A DNA stretch of 32,000 bases from Candidatus Methylomirabilis limnetica (lineage in GTDB: Bacteria > Methylomirabilota > Methylomirabilia > Methylomirabilales > Methylomirabilaceae): NCBI RefSeq assembly GCF_003044035.1, contig NZ_NVQC01000010.1, forward strand, positions 15,363 through 47,362, written 5' to 3'. Below the pieces are notes generated by a model. It saw only the letters and a list, made by a program, of their open reading frames with translations. It was not told where the DNA came from and ran no database searches. Position numbers and translations under genes: made by a program. Each line of letters starts with the position of its first letter. The stretch's first letter is position 1. Positions 1 through 7,999 of this stretch are shown here, in pieces.

Positions 1-75
1 TCGGCCAGGGCCGCACCACGGTGCACGAAAACCCCCTCAATCCCCCTTTACGAAAGGGGGGTCAGGGGGGTTTAT
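1..75 (+). repeat. Composite intergenic element: a 29-nt module CGGCCAGGGCCGCACCACGGTGCACGAAA (2-30) followed by the C5/G5 hairpin CCCCCTTT-ACG-AAAGGGGG (42-60) and a G-run
   Basis: The module recurs at 16593-16620 with 1 mismatch and 1 indel. The hairpin belongs to the CCCCC(T)n/(A)nGGGGG family seen at six other loci in the window. Confidence 0.75.
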
Positions 76-80
76 CTGAA

Positions 81-111
81 GCTGACGTCTGAGCGCTGAC
101 GTCTGAGCGCT
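81..111 (+). repeat. Tandem 14-mer GCTGACGTCTGAGC x2.2
   Basis: Direct reading. TGA occurs at 83, 90, 97 and 104, which covers all three + strand frames. Confidence 0.9.
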
Positions 112-133
112 ATTCTTCAAGGAGGGAGTAAAA

Positions 134-313
134 ATGATCGATAAGGAACTGCTTGAAATATTGGCGTGCCCCGCATGCAAGGCCGAGGTGGTGTTGGACG
201 AGCCGGCATCCAGGATCGTCTGTACCGCCTGCGGGCGACGCTATCCTGTTCGGGACGGCATCCCGGTCATGCTGATCGACGAGGCGGAAGCTGGACCGCC
301 GGCGAAGAAATAG
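134..313 (+). CDS. Trm112/UPF0434 (YcaR-like) small zinc-ribbon protein, 59 aa
   Basis: The ORF is just under the 60-aa cutoff of the supplied track. My translation is MIDKELLEILACPACKAEVVLDEPASRIVCTACGRRYPVRDGIPVMLIDEAEAGPPAKK. It carries the CPxC...CxxC...YP.RDGIPVML signature of the Trm112 family. The SD GGAGGGAG ends 5 nt before the ATG. Confidence 0.8.
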   Translation: MIDKELLEILACPACKAEVVLDEPASRIVCTACGRRYPVRDGIPVMLIDEAEAGPPAKK

Positions 314-320
314 GACGAAC

Positions 321-1769
321 ATGGCGTCCAAGGTAAGGGTCAGATTCGCGCCAAGCCCAACGGGGTTTCTGCACGTCGGTGGGGCCAGGACCGCGCTGTA
401 TAACTGGTTATTCGCCCGCCATGAGAATGGAGTCTTCATCCTTCGGATAGAAGACACCGATGTCGAACGGTCTACGGATGAATCGGTGACGACGATCCTC
501 GATTCGTTGCGCTGGCTCGGCCTGGACTGGGATGAGGGTCCAGAGGTGGGCGGACCGGCTGGACCGTACCGGCAGGCTGAGCGCCTGACGCTGTACCAGG
601 AGCATGCCCGGAAACTCCTGGATGAAGGGAAGGCCTATTACTGTACCTGTACGCCGGAAGAGCTGGAAGGCAGACGCAAGGCGGCGCTTGCTGCCGGGAC
701 CTCCCCGAAGTACGACGGCCGCTGCCGTGCGCGCGGAAACGATCTGGCGGGAGTGGGCGGAAGAGGCGCCGCCGTCCGTCTGCTGGTTCGGGACGAGGGG
801 AGCATTGAGATTGCGGACCTCGTTCACGGTCCTATTCGCTTCGAGCGTGCCGATCTGGACGACTTCATCCTCCTTCGCTCCGACGGGATGCCAACGTATA
901 ACTTCGCTGTAGTGATAGACGATGTGCTGATGGACATTACGCACGTGATCAGGGGCGACGACCATATTTCCAATACGCCACGTCAGATCATGCTCTACGA
1001 GGCGATGGGTCTCCCTGTCCCATACTTCGCCCATATCCCCATGATTCTAGGGTCGGATCGCTCGCGTCTTTCAAAGCGGCATGGCGCTACGTCGGTCTTG
1101 GCCTACCAGCAGATGGGTTACCTGCCTGAGGCGATGGTGAACTACCTGGTACGGCTTGGTTGGTCCCACGGCGATCAGGAGATCTTCAGTCAGGAAGAGC
1201 TGGTCAGGCACTTCAGCCTCGAGAAGGTGGGCAAGACCCCCGCAGTCTTCGATCCGGTCAAGCTCGAGTGGCTGAATGGCCAGTACATCAAGCATATCGC
1301 CCCTGATCGGCTGACGGCGTTGCTGAGGCCCTTCTGGGAGGCGGCCGGCGTGAGTCAGCAAGAGCTGTTCCAGGGGGACGAAGCCTGGTTGCATCGGGTG
1401 GCCTGCCTCTTTCAGGAGCGGGCCAGGACCGTGACGGAGCTCGCATCCTCGTCCAGGTTCGTGTTCACCGGGAAGATAGAGCGCGACAAGGCAGTAGCCA
1501 TGAAGGTTCTGTCAAACGAGGCGAAGGCCAGGATTCGCGCGCTCTTGCCGGAGATCGAGGCGCTGCCGACCTTTACTGCGGCAACCCTGGAGTCGCTGTT
1601 CCGGATGAGGGCAGAGGCCCTTGGTCTGAAACTGGTCGACCTGGCCCAGCCCTTCAGGGTTGGGCTGTCCGGGAAAAGCGTCAGTCCCCCCATCTTTCCG
1701 ATTATGGAGTTGATGGGATGGGAGGCAGCGCGACGTCGGGTAGAAGAAGCACTGGAGGAGGAAGGATGA
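321..1769 (+). CDS. gltX: Glutamyl-tRNA synthetase
   Basis: 482-aa ORF. The class I aaRS HIGH region is PSPTGFLHVGGART and the KMSKS-type loop is LSKRHG. Overall layout is that of a bacterial GluRS. Confidence 0.95.
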   Translation: MASKVRVRFAPSPTGFLHVGGARTALYNWLFARHENGVFILRIEDTDVERSTDESVTTILDSLRWLGLDWDEGPEVGGPAGPYRQAERLTLYQEHARKLLDEGKAYYCTCTPEELEGRRKAALAAGTSPKYDGRCRARGNDLAGVGGRGAAVRLLVRDEGSIEIADLVHGPIRFERADLDDFILLRSDGMPTYNFAVVIDDVLMDITHVIRGDDHISNTPRQIMLYEAMGLPVPYFAHIPMILGSDRSRLSKRHGATSVLAYQQMGYLPEAMVNYLVRLGWSHGDQEIFSQEELVRHFSLEKVGKTPAVFDPVKLEWLNGQYIKHIAPDRLTALLRPFWEAAGVSQQELFQGDEAWLHRVACLFQERARTVTELASSSRFVFTGKIERDKAVAMKVLSNEAKARIRALLPEIEALPTFTAATLESLFRMRAEALGLKLVDLAQPFRVGLSGKSVSPPIFPIMELMGWEAARRRVEEALEEEG

Positions 1770-2266
1770 AGATCGATGCATTGCTTGATGGGCTTCGAGC
1801 AGAGTTCAATAAGCTCGATCGGGAGTTCAAGGTAGATATCCCGAAGAAGATCCAGACTGCCAGAGAGTTGGGCGATCTTAGTGAGAGCGGTGAGTACGAA
1901 ACGATCAAGGACCGGCAGGGTTTTGTCAAGGCCCGGATGATCTTTCTACAACAGCGGATATCAGAGATCAGCAAGATCGACCTGAGAGCGGTCCCGAAGG
2001 ACCGCGTCGCCCTGGGCAGCACCGTGCATCTTGTGGACGAAGATAGTGGGGAGGAAAGTGTTTACACTCTGGTCTTTCCAGAGCTGATGGATAGCAAGCG
2101 TGGCTGGATTTCGGTTGCCTCCCCGGTTGGACGAAGCCTCATCGGTAAACAGGTCGGCGATCGGGTCGTGATGAATATGCCAAGCGGGACCAAGGCTTTT
2201 GAAATGATGAGCTTTCAGACGCTGCACGAGAGCCTACAAAGCAACCCCGACGGGACGGGCTCCTGA
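1766..2266 (+). CDS. greA: Transcription elongation factor GreA/GreB family
   Basis: The ATG at 1766 overlaps the gltX stop (ATGA) and follows GGAGGAGGAAGG. The protein contains GDLSESGEY and the C-terminal domain motif SVASPVGRSLIGKQVGD. The track start at 1718 lies inside gltX. Confidence 0.9.
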   Translation: MKIDALLDGLRAEFNKLDREFKVDIPKKIQTARELGDLSESGEYETIKDRQGFVKARMIFLQQRISEISKIDLRAVPKDRVALGSTVHLVDEDSGEESVYTLVFPELMDSKRGWISVASPVGRSLIGKQVGDRVVMNMPSGTKAFEMMSFQTLHESLQSNPDGTGS

Positions 2267-2290
2267 CACTACATCCACTCCCTTATCCAA

Positions 2291-2440
2291 CCCTCCCCCC
2301 TCGGGTGGGGTGGGGGACTTTCGAGGCAATCTCACGTAATTCTTCAGTTGCGGGTGGAAAATCTCCCCTAACCCCTCTTTTCCAAAGAGGGGGACTAACC
2401 GTTTCCCCCTTTTAAAAAGGGGGATTAAGGGGGATTTTAT
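2291..2440. repeat. Cluster of C/G-run elements. It comprises the imperfect palindrome 2291-2316, the G-box/CAATCTCAC module 2303-2340, hairpins CCCCTCTTT-TCC-AAAGAGGGG (2372-2392) and CCCCCTTTT-A-AAAAGGGGG (2405-2423), and the tail GGGGGATTTT.
   Basis: The stems can be read directly. The module GGGTGGGG..TTTCGRGRCAATCTCACRTAAT recurs at about 24655-24690, and in degenerate form at 30654-30688. Confidence 0.8.
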
Positions 2441-2511
2441 AAACAAATATCACATTTTATTCAATGATTTCCCACACTCACTGAAGGATTACAATCTCGC
2501 TGTTTTTCACC

Positions 2512-2540
2512 TTGACTTTTCTCGGCTGTTCCTCCATATT
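2512..2540 (+). promoter_or_regulatory. Candidate sigma70-type promoter TTGACT-N17-CATATT upstream of tRNA-Gln
   Basis: Hexamers were read directly at 2512-2517 and 2535-2540. The -10 matches only 4 of 6 positions, and the predicted start would fall inside the hairpin at 2543-2573. Confidence 0.3.
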
Positions 2541-2542
2541 CT

Positions 2543-2579
2543 GAACGTCCAAAGGGAGCCCCTTTGGACGTTCATTTTT
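2543..2579 (+). terminator. Intrinsic-terminator-like hairpin GAACGTCCAAAGGG-AGC-CCCTTTGGACGTTC followed by ATTTTT
   Basis: Perfect 14-bp stem with a 3-nt loop, then a T5 tract on the + strand only. It lies 277 nt downstream of the greA stop and ends 3 nt before tRNA-Gln. Confidence 0.6.
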
Positions 2580-2581
2580 GG

Positions 2582-2655
2582 TGGGGGGTCGTCCAATGGT
2601 AGGACAGCAGACTCTGAATCTGCTTATCGAGGTTCGAATCCTTGCCCCCCAGCCA
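2582..2655 (+). tRNA. tRNA-Gln (anticodon CTG)
   Basis: 74-nt cloverleaf folded by hand. Acceptor stem TGGGGGG/CCCCCCA, D-arm GTCC-AATGGTA-GGAC, anticodon arm GCAGA-CTCTGAA-TCTGC, T-arm CGAGG-TTCGAAT-CCTTG, discriminator G and an encoded CCA. Confidence 0.9.
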
Positions 2656-2797
2656 CTCGTTCACAGCCGTTGCCGCTGTACTGACGCTAGCGCCTTTAAC
2701 CGGCCATAGTCATACTCGAAGAACCACAGCCCCTACTCCGCGGCCTTCAGCGCAAGCTCCGTATACTTTTCGCACTCCCATTCATGGAAAATGATTC

Positions 2798-3805
2798 ATG
2801 CGCATCGGCCCTCACAAGCTCAAAAACAACCTGATTGTCGCCCCCATGGCTGGCGTGACGGATCGGCCTTTCCGCATGTTGTGCAGGAGCATGGGCGCAG
2901 GCATGGCGGTTAGCGAAATGGTGGCCTCCAACTCGCTGCTGTATGGTTCGGAAAAAACTAAACGGCGTACCAATCATGATGGCGAGGCCGATCCGATCTC
3001 GGTGCAGCTCCTCGGCGCTGATCCGAAAATGCTGGCACAGGCCGCCCGTTACAACGTGGATGCGGGCGCGCAAATCATCGACATCAATATGGGCTGCCCG
3101 GCGAAAAAGATTTGCCATGTTATGGCCGGTTCCGCGCTGTTGCGGAATGAGGCGCTGGTGGCACAAATACTTGAAACGGTGGTAGCGGCGGTGAGCGTAC
3201 CGGTTACCTTGAAAATACGCACCGGATGGGATACGAAAAATCGCAATGCGGTGCGCATCGCGCAGATCGCCGAAATCAGCGGTATCCAGGCGCTTGCCAT
3301 TCATGGCCGCACCCGCGCTTGCGCCTACACCGGTGAGGCGGAATATGACACCATCGCGGCAGTGAAAGCCAGCGTGAAGATTCCCGTCATCGCCAACGGC
3401 GACATCACCACCCCGGAGAAAGCCCACTATGTGTTGGAGTACACCGGTGCGGATGCCGTGATGATAGGCCGAGCCGCACAGGGCCGCCCGTGGCTGTTCC
3501 GCGAAATCGCTCATTTTCTAGAGACCGGTGTGCGCCTGCCCGCGCCACAAGTGGATGAAATTCAGCGCGTGCTGCTCAATCACCTGCACGGCCTGTACGA
3601 TTTGTACGGTGAACGTACCGGCTTGCGTGTGGCGCGCAAACACATCTCCTGGTACACCAAAGGGCTGGCCGACTCGGCGCAGTTCCGCCACTACATGAAT
3701 CAACTGGAAAGCATTGCGGAACAATTGATAGCAGTAAATGATTTCTTTGCTGGGCAGTTGCAGCGCGGGGAACGCCTGCACTATGCCGAGGAACTGGCTG
3801 CATAA
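2798..3805 (+). CDS. dusB: tRNA-dihydrouridine synthase B
   Basis: 335 aa with full-length DusB layout. Motifs: MRIG..L.N.LIVAPMAGVTDRPFR, DINMGCPAKK, KIRTGWD, HGRTRACAY. Confidence 0.93.
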   Translation: MRIGPHKLKNNLIVAPMAGVTDRPFRMLCRSMGAGMAVSEMVASNSLLYGSEKTKRRTNHDGEADPISVQLLGADPKMLAQAARYNVDAGAQIIDINMGCPAKKICHVMAGSALLRNEALVAQILETVVAAVSVPVTLKIRTGWDTKNRNAVRIAQIAEISGIQALAIHGRTRACAYTGEAEYDTIAAVKASVKIPVIANGDITTPEKAHYVLEYTGADAVMIGRAAQGRPWLFREIAHFLETGVRLPAPQVDEIQRVLLNHLHGLYDLYGERTGLRVARKHISWYTKGLADSAQFRHYMNQLESIAEQLIAVNDFFAGQLQRGERLHYAEELAA

Positions 3806-3806
3806 G

Positions 3807-3995
3807 ATGATGTCCATAATCGAACAGGAAAAAAAGGACTGCTGGTCCTGTGCGTATCAGAATATCTTACTCCAGACAACCTTGTTAGGTATTTGTACCT
3901 GGTTTGAGAAAAACAACAAGGGCCAAAACAAAGAAATACCTGCCGATCTAGTGGATAAAGGGTGCAAGCAGTGGATAAGGAAAACGGATCGGTAA
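3807..3995 (+). CDS. Hypothetical 62-aa Cys-rich protein (CxxC...C...C), tentative
   Basis: The ATG lies 1 nt after the dusB stop, in the position where proteobacterial operons carry fis. Sequence is MMSIIEQEKKDCWSCAYQNILLQTTLLGICTWFEKNNKGQNKEIPADLVDKGCKQWIRKTDR. There is no clear SD, GC is about 40-43% by hand count, and I recognise no family. Confidence 0.35.
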   Translation: MMSIIEQEKKDCWSCAYQNILLQTTLLGICTWFEKNNKGQNKEIPADLVDKGCKQWIRKTDR

Positions 3996-4150
3996 ACAAC
4001 GTGAATAGTGTGAAGAAAATTAGTAATCACGAGGTAGATAGACTGTAGGAACGCGCACGGATGAGCCAGGCGTTTCCTAATGTGACGCGAAAATAATGGA
4101 GACCGAAAAGGTTCCGGGCGCCTTGATTCGGTCCATGCGTAATGACTAAC

Positions 4151-4189
4151 AGCCTTCAGCCTACAGCCTAAACACCTTGTAGTTATAAC
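4151..4189 (+). repeat. Solo right-end copy of the heptamer/TIR element found complete at 21499-21653
   Basis: 4151-4177 (AGCCTTCAGCCTACAGCCTAAACACCT) matches 21619-21645 at 25 of 27 positions. The TAGTTA tail is also shared, and ATGCGTAATGAC at 4135 resembles the ATGCGTGATCAT head at 21550. Confidence 0.7.
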
Positions 4190-4205
4190 AAACCAAGGAC
4201 GGTCG

Positions 4206-6551
4206 ATGCTACCTTCTCTCCAACTGATCAAATCGCCTATGCTTCAAACCATCGAACACCGCATCGCCACCGAGCTCGGGGTCAAGCCCGCCCAAGTCAT
4301 TGCCACGGTTCAATTGCTCGAGGAGGGTGCCACCGTTCCCTTTATAGCCCGCTATCGCAAGGAAATCACCGGCGAGCTCGACGACATCCAACTGCGGTTG
4401 CTTGAGGAACGACTGACCTATCTGCGCGAACTCGAAGAGCGCCGTGCGACAGTGCTTGCGTCCATAGAGGAGCAGGGCAAGCTGACTGCCGAGTTGAAAG
4501 CCGGGATCGATGGTGCCGAGACCAAACAGCGCCTCGAAGACCTCTACTTGCCCTATAAATCCAAACGACGCACCAAGGCCCAGATTGCTCGAGAGGCAGG
4601 TCTAGAGCCCTTGGCCGATGCCCTGTTAGGCGATGCAACACTAGTTCCGGAGATTGAAGCCGCAAAATATGTTCGAACTGACATTGAACCGCCGGAGCAG
4701 TGTGTACAGGATGTCAAGGTCGCGCTCGATGGGGCGCGCCAGATCCTGATGGAACGGTTCTCTGAGGATGCCAGGCTGCTTGACGGGCTGCGTCATTACC
4801 TGTCCGATAATGCACTGATCGTCTCCAGGGTGGCCGAGGGCAAGGAGACAGAAGGCGCCAAGTTCCGCGACTGGTTCGATTTCCGTGAACCAATCAAAAG
4901 CGCTCCATCGCACCGGGTTCTGGCAATGTTGCGAGGCCGCAACGAGGAGATCCTGCGTTTGGCGCTGAAGACCGAACCTGAACTTGAAGAGCCGCCGCGT
5001 GCCTCGCCCTGCGAAGCCATGATTGCAGGCCATTTCGGCATCGCCGACAAAGGACGCCCGGCGGACAAGTGGTTGCTGGACTCGGCGCGCTCGGCCTGGA
5101 TGGTCAAGCTCTCGCTGCACCTCAAGCTTGAACTGATGAACCAGATGCGGGAACGTGCCGAGGAAGAAGCCATCCGGGTCTTCGCCCGCAACCTTCACGA
5201 TCTGCTGCTCGCGGCACCGGCCGGACCGCGCATCACTATCGGTCTTGATCCAGGGATTCGCACCGGAGTCAAAGTCGCTGTCATAGACAAGACCGGAAAA
5301 CTCGTCGACACCTCCACGATCTACCCTCACGAACCGCGCCGGGACTGGGAAGGTGCGCTTGCTACTATTCGCCAGTTGGCTCAAAAGCACGGTGCAGAGT
5401 TGATCGCCATCGGCAACGGCACAGCCAGCCGGGAAACCGACAAGCTCGCCGCCGATCTCATCAAGCGCCACCCCGAATTGACACTGGCCAAGGTGGTGGT
5501 ATCGGAGGCAGGGGCCTCCGTGTATTCAGCCTCCGAACTGGCCTCGAAGGAATTCCCCGATATAGACGTCTCATTGCGGGGTGCAGTTTCCATCGCGCGC
5601 CGTCTGCAGGACCCCTTGGCAGAACTGGTCAAGATCGACCCGAAGAGCATCGGTGTCGGCCAGTATCAACACGATGTGAATCAGGGCAAACTGGCAAAGT
5701 CGCTCGGCGCAGTGATCGAGGACTGCGTTAACTCGGTCGGCGTCGACGTCAATACCGCATCCGTGCCGCTACTGACTCGCATCTCCGGTCTCACCCCGAC
5801 ACTTGCCGGTAACATCGTCAGCTACCGCGATCAGCATGGCGCCTTCAAGAGCCGCAAGCAGTTGCTGCTTGTCCCCCGCCTGGGCGATAAAACATTCGAA
5901 CTGGCTGCCGGTTTCTTGCGCATCAACAATAGTGACAACCCGCTCGACGCCTCGGCTGTGCATCCAGAAGCCTATCCCGTCGTCGAGCGAATTCTCGCCG
6001 ACATCAGAAAGGGCATCCGTGAAGTGATCGGCGACAGCAAGGCCGTGCGCGCCCTCAAACCCGAGAAATACACCGATGATAAATTCGGCCTGCCCACAGT
6101 ACAGGACATTCTCAAGGAACTCGAAAAACCAGGTCGCGATCCACGACCTGAGTTCAAGGCCGCCACATTCCGCGAAGGGGTTGAAAATCTCAAAGACCTT
6201 GAGCCCGGGATGATGTTGGAAGGCAGCGTCACCAATGTCACCAATTTCGGCGCCTTTGTCGATATCGGCGTACATCAGGATGGCCTCGTCCATATCTCAG
6301 CGCTTGCCAATAAGTTTGTCAAAGACCCGCACAGTATCGTCAAGGCTGGCGACGTCGTGAAGGTCAAAGTGTTGGAGGTCGATATCGCACGCAAGCGCAT
6401 TGCCCTGACCATGCGCCTGTCGGACGAAGTCACAGCGAGGATTGACGGCACCATTGCGCATCGAGTAGGCAAAGCCTCGCGACCGAAACCAGATGCAGTA
6501 CAACAAAGCGGTGCGATGGCAGCGGCTTTCGCGAAGTTGAATCAGTCATAA
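4206..6551 (+). CDS. tex: Transcription accessory protein Tex (S1 RNA-binding domain protein)
   Basis: 781 aa. N-terminal [13 protein letters not shown], central YqgF-like and HhH regions, and a C-terminal S1 domain [28 protein letters not shown]. The ATG at 4206 has the SD AAGGA. The ATG at 4239 ([10 protein letters not shown]) fits the usual Tex N-terminus better and is an alternative start. Confidence 0.93.
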   Translation: MLPSLQLIKSPMLQTIEHRIATELGVKPAQVIATVQLLEEGATVPFIARYRKEITGELDDIQLRLLEERLTYLRELEERRATVLASIEEQGKLTAELKAGIDGAETKQRLEDLYLPYKSKRRTKAQIAREAGLEPLADALLGDATLVPEIEAAKYVRTDIEPPEQCVQDVKVALDGARQILMERFSEDARLLDGLRHYLSDNALIVSRVAEGKETEGAKFRDWFDFREPIKSAPSHRVLAMLRGRNEEILRLALKTEPELEEPPRASPCEAMIAGHFGIADKGRPADKWLLDSARSAWMVKLSLHLKLELMNQMRERAEEEAIRVFARNLHDLLLAAPAGPRITIGLDPGIRTGVKVAVIDKTGKLVDTSTIYPHEPRRDWEGALATIRQLAQKHGAELIAIGNGTASRETDKLAADLIKRHPELTLAKVVVSEAGASVYSASELASKEFPDIDVSLRGAVSIARRLQDPLAELVKIDPKSIGVGQYQHDVNQGKLAKSLGAVIEDCVNSVGVDVNTASVPLLTRISGLTPTLAGNIVSYRDQHGAFKSRKQLLLVPRLGDKTFELAAGFLRINNSDNPLDASAVHPEAYPVVERILADIRKGIREVIGDSKAVRALKPEKYTDDKFGLPTVQDILKELEKPGRDPRPEFKAATFREGVENLKDLEPGMMLEGSVTNVTNFGAFVDIGVHQDGLVHISALANKFVKDPHSIVKAGDVVKVKVLEVDIARKRIALTMRLSDEVTARIDGTIAHRVGKASRPKPDAVQQSGAMAAAFAKLNQS

Positions 6552-6652
6552 TGGGTGGGGCCGGAATCTTCCGCATGCCTGGAAGTACCAATCGACTGCA
6601 GCGTCGCGCAATCCGACCCCGTAATAATACGTGGGACAAGTGAGACACCGCG

Positions 6653-7735
6653 ATGCCCGTGACGCAGGCTATTCTCGTTCGCCGACCGAGTGATTTGACG
6701 GTCGCCTGGGCGCAACGCATCGTTTCGCAACATGCTGCCGACGCCACCGTATCTGAGGTCAATGTCCTGTCCGTTGATATCGGGACGACCACCCGGGTAC
6801 GCGTCGCGGTTGAACACAATGGGCCGGAAGCGTTGCCCCGTCGTTGGTTCGTGAAGCTGCCGTCGCGGTCTTGGCGAGCATGGTGCATCACGGCGTTACC
6901 TCGCCTCCTCCAGACGGAAGTGCGTTTCTATCAAGAAACAACGCAGGCTGTCCCGGTACTTCAGCCCACCGTCTTAGCGGCGCAGAGCCAATGCGGACGG
7001 GGTACGACACTGGTCCTTGCCGACGTGACAGAGCATGGCGCTATCCCCGGCGCTCCCGGGGATGCTTTGACGGCGGAGCAAGCGGCCCTGGTGGTCGAAC
7101 AACTGGCCCGACTCCACGCGCAGTTTTGGCAGAAAGCTAGCCTCGACCATGAATATCGCTGGATGGCTGGTCCTGTCCGGCGCTGGGAAGATCGGCTGGG
7201 AACAGCCATGGCAGTGCCATTGATGCAACGGGGGTTACGGCGTGCCGGGAGCGCCGTTCCCATAGCGCTCCACGCCCCCGCTACGCACTATGCGCGCCGG
7301 CGTTGCCACGTGATGCGTGTGCTTGCAGACGGCCCACGCACCCTCGTCCATCACGATGTACATCCCGGCAATCTCTTCTGGCAGCAGTCCCAACCAGGAC
7401 TCCTCGACTGGCAGCTCGTCCGCATTGGTGAGGGGATTGGCGATGTCGCGTACTTCCTGGCCACCGCGCTCACACCCGAAATCCGGCGGACGTGCGAAGC
7501 GCGCATCCTCGCACGGTATCAACAAGTCCTTGCGGACCATCAGATCGCGGCTCTCGATTCCACAACGCTGCGGCAAAGATATCGCGCCCATCTCCTCTAT
7601 CCCTTCGAAGCCATGGTGGTGACGCTTGCGGTCGGTGACATGATGCCCCTGGAGAGCAATCTCGAACTCATCCGCCGAGCGGCCGCGGCGATTGAGGATC
7701 ACGACGCCTTTGCGGTCATACCGGCAGGAAAGTAA
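6653..7735 (+). CDS. Phosphotransferase-family (APH/CHK-like kinase fold) protein
   Basis: 360 aa. Catalytic-loop motif HHDVHPGNLFW (HxDxxxxN) and metal-binding segment DWQLVRIGEGIGDVAYFL. The substrate cannot be inferred. Confidence 0.75.
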   Translation: MPVTQAILVRRPSDLTVAWAQRIVSQHAADATVSEVNVLSVDIGTTTRVRVAVEHNGPEALPRRWFVKLPSRSWRAWCITALPRLLQTEVRFYQETTQAVPVLQPTVLAAQSQCGRGTTLVLADVTEHGAIPGAPGDALTAEQAALVVEQLARLHAQFWQKASLDHEYRWMAGPVRRWEDRLGTAMAVPLMQRGLRRAGSAVPIALHAPATHYARRRCHVMRVLADGPRTLVHHDVHPGNLFWQQSQPGLLDWQLVRIGEGIGDVAYFLATALTPEIRRTCEARILARYQQVLADHQIAALDSTTLRQRYRAHLLYPFEAMVVTLAVGDMMPLESNLELIRRAAAAIEDHDAFAVIPAGK

Positions 7736-7778
7736 GGCAAACCCTAATGTCAAGATAGAAAAAGGTAGTAGTGAGCCT

Positions 7779-7808
7779 GTAGGTCGGGTTAGCGCAGCGT
7801 AACCCGAC
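7779..7808 (+). repeat. REP hairpin GTAGGTCGGGTTA-GCGCAGC-GTAACCCGAC
   Basis: Self-complementary arms GTCGGGTTA/TAACCCGAC with a 5' GTAG. Its partner lies inverted at 7896-7925. Confidence 0.85.
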
Positions 7809-7895
7809 GAAGCACATGCTGGAATGTATCCAGCGGAGTGGGGACAGGGTGCGATAGAAATCGAGGGGGTGGGATTTGAGGGATGGAATAGGATT

Positions 7896-7925
7896 GTCGG
7901 GTTATGCTACGCTAACCCGACCTAC
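7896..7925 (-). repeat. Inverted copy of the 7779-7808 REP (28/30 identical to its reverse complement)
   Basis: GTCGGGTTATGCTACGCTAACCCGACCTAC compared with the reverse complement GTCGGGTTACGCTGCGCTAACCCGACCTAC. Confidence 0.85.
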
Positions 7926-7999
7926 TTACCGTCGGCGCATACTTTACGCTCGTGTGGGTCTTGGAGCGTTTCGGTGTGAGTCTGTAGGGTCACGCCCAA

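Noticed and set aside
2234-2446. 70-aa minus-strand ORF downstream of greA
   Set aside because: It is made entirely by reading through the C5/G5 hairpin repeats (PLFKRGK, PLFGKEGLGEIF). The same pseudo-peptides arise wherever the repeats occur. The same reasoning applies to 16561-16773 (+), 16573-16866 (-), 24401-24634 (-) and 26614-26811 (-).
2747-3514. 255-aa minus-strand ORF
   Set aside because: It is fully antisense to the well-supported dusB and has no recognisable motifs.
3806-4140. A fis gene downstream of dusB
   Set aside because: No frame encodes a ~98-aa Fis-like protein with the C-terminal HTH. Only the unrelated Cys-rich mini-ORF is present.
3857-4231. 124-aa minus-strand ORF between dusB and tex
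   Set aside because: It overlaps the tex start and the repeat remnant, has no motifs, and sits in low-GC DNA.
2656-7990. Assembly chimera joining a proteobacterial fragment (dusB-tex-kinase) to the rest of the contig
   Set aside because: I only partly reject this. The repeat tail at 4151-4177 matches 21619-21645 at 25 of 27 positions, and tex has intermediate codon usage, so at least the segment from 4.15 kb onward belongs with the rest. The dusB segment itself remains suspect and is reported as a finding.
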